Shown here: positions 60,616 to 64,000 of the stretch, piece after piece | Position numbering within the stretch: the stretch's first letter is position 1 | How the letters are laid out: each line of letters begins with the position of its first letter | DNA from: Gemmatimonadaceae bacterium | Lineage (GTDB): Bacteria; Gemmatimonadota; Gemmatimonadetes; Gemmatimonadales; Gemmatimonadaceae | NCBI GenBank assembly: GCA_045803545.1 | Contig: JBJMOW010000001.1 | Coordinates: 1 to 64,000 of the forward strand | Length of the DNA: 64,000 nt | Direction: 5' to 3' | Position numbers and translations under genes: made by a program | Notes under the pieces: generated by a model | The model's database searches: none | What the model saw: only the letters and a program-made list of their open reading frames with translations | Told to the model about the DNA's origin: nothing

Positions 60616-62906
<2,291 letters not shown>

Positions 62907-62954
62907 CTAATGAAAATATCAGGGATGGTGCGCCGCTTGAACCTTCGTTTGACT

Positions 62955-64000
62955 TTATCCGAGCACGATGTCGAATGTCGCGCCGCGATCCGACGGAACA
63001 AGCACCAGCTCGCCGCGATGGCTATCCCGCACGATGCGACGGGCGAGAGAGAGTCCAATCCCCCAACCCTTCTCTTTAGTCGAGAAGCCCGGGTCAAAAA
63101 TCTGGTGGCGAATCTCGCGCGGAACACCCGGCCCGTCGTCCGAGACTCGAACCCGGACCCGACCCTCTGGAAGGGGCTCCGCCGAGATCTCGACACGTCC
63201 ATCCCGGCCGGCGAGGGCATCGATCGCATTCTTGGTCAGCGACTCCAGCGCCCATTCGAGCAGTACCGGATCTCCCTGCACCGTCAGATCGCCTTGATGT
63301 GTAGCCGAAACCGTCACACGCTGGGCCAGAGTCGGTACTCGCGCCCGGAAATAAGTCGCGACGCGATCAACGAGGTCCCCGAGATCGACGGACTCCTGAT
63401 GCGGCGGCCGGCCGATTCGCTCGAATCGGTGCGCGACTCGCTTCAGGCGCTCGAGGTCGGCTTCCATGTGATCGAGCGCGCCGGCGGTCGATGGTTCGGG
63501 ATCGGTCTCGCGAAGTAGCTCGATCCAACCGCTGATACTGGAGAGCGGAGTGCCGAGCTGGTGCGCGGACTCGCGCGCCATCCCCGCCCAGATCTGCTCA
63601 CGATCGGCACGGCCGCGCGTACGCAAGGCGTATGCGCCCGCGATCAGAACGAGCCCGATCATGATCGATTGCAACACCGGGATCAGAATCAGGCCGCGCA
63701 CCAGCGGAGTGTTGCCGAAGTGGACGGTGCCGATACCCGGCTCGACAATCGCCACGTTTTGGCGATCCAGCTCGGCGATGTAGTTCCTCATATCACGTGA
63801 GCGGAGCGGCGCAGTGAACGGGATGTTGGCGGTATCAGTGGGCACTCCGTTGGGATCGGCAAGAATCATCGGCACGCCCGACTCTCTGATATGCCGGGAG
63901 AGATCGAGCAGCGCGGCGTTCGCCGCGTCGGGGTTGGGATCACTCAGCCCGTTGTAGACGCGCGCGTACATCAGGCCGACGCGTGATGCTTCCTGACGCA
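62955..64000 (-). CDS. sensor histidine kinase (5' end outside the window)
   Basis: ESAHQLGTPLS H-box, KNAIDA N-box, DDGPG, FSTK, GWGIGL; TM segment before HisKA. Confidence 0.9.
   Translation of the reverse strand, partial: RQEASRVGLMYARVYNGLSDPNPDAANAALLDLSRHIRESGVPMILADPNGVPTDTANIPFTAPLRSRDMRNYIAELDRQNVAIVEPGIGTVHFGNTPLVRGLILIPVLQSIMIGLVLIAGAYALRTRGRADREQIWAGMARESAHQLGTPLSSISGWIELLRETDPEPSTAGALDHMEADLERLKRVAHRFERIGRPPHQESVDLGDLVDRVATYFRARVPTLAQRVTVSATHQGDLTVQGDPVLLEWALESLTKNAIDALAGRDGRVEISAEPLPEGRVRVRVSDDGPGVPREIRHQIFDPGFSTKEKGWGIGLSLARRIVRDSHRGELVLVPSDRGATFDIVLG

Overview
Bacterial chromosomal window, most likely Gemmatimonadota (Gemmatimonadaceae-like), judged by eye from the 16S rRNA and gene repertoire; no database search was run. 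From left to right it holds: (1) a minus-strand 16S rRNA gene with its promoter; (2) a membrane Ser/Thr kinase followed by a Cys-rich exported protein; (3) a few housekeeping genes; (4) a ~20 kb accessory block (9.5-29.9 kb) with three FG-GAP/ASPIC-UnbV proteins, an UnbU/RnfD-like membrane protein, a His-rich membrane protein, a flavin-dependent halogenase-like enzyme, an archaeosine-RaSEA-like radical SAM enzyme, a glutaminase-less asparagine-synthetase-like ligase, SusC/SusD and a YdjC-type deacetylase; (5) tRNA-Lys, -Arg and -Pro and a sigma54-type IV pilin; (6) a long core region (rdgB, rph, rfaE2, lptE, lpxH, murI, tRNA-Sec, selenoprotein selD, ridA, tatD, secDF, ribF, truB, rbfA, infB, nusA, rimP, pgeF, murA, gatCAB, pcrA/uvrD, a partial histidine kinase). 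The best candidate for an undescribed system is the PKS/NRPS-free ligase + radical SAM + halogenase + UnbV/UnbU cassette. Smaller oddities: the Sec-recoded selD, a CDS whose signal peptide seems to begin inside tRNA-Sec, apparent CTG (rbfA) and ACG (deacetylase) starts, and a ~160-bp palindrome upstream of rimP.
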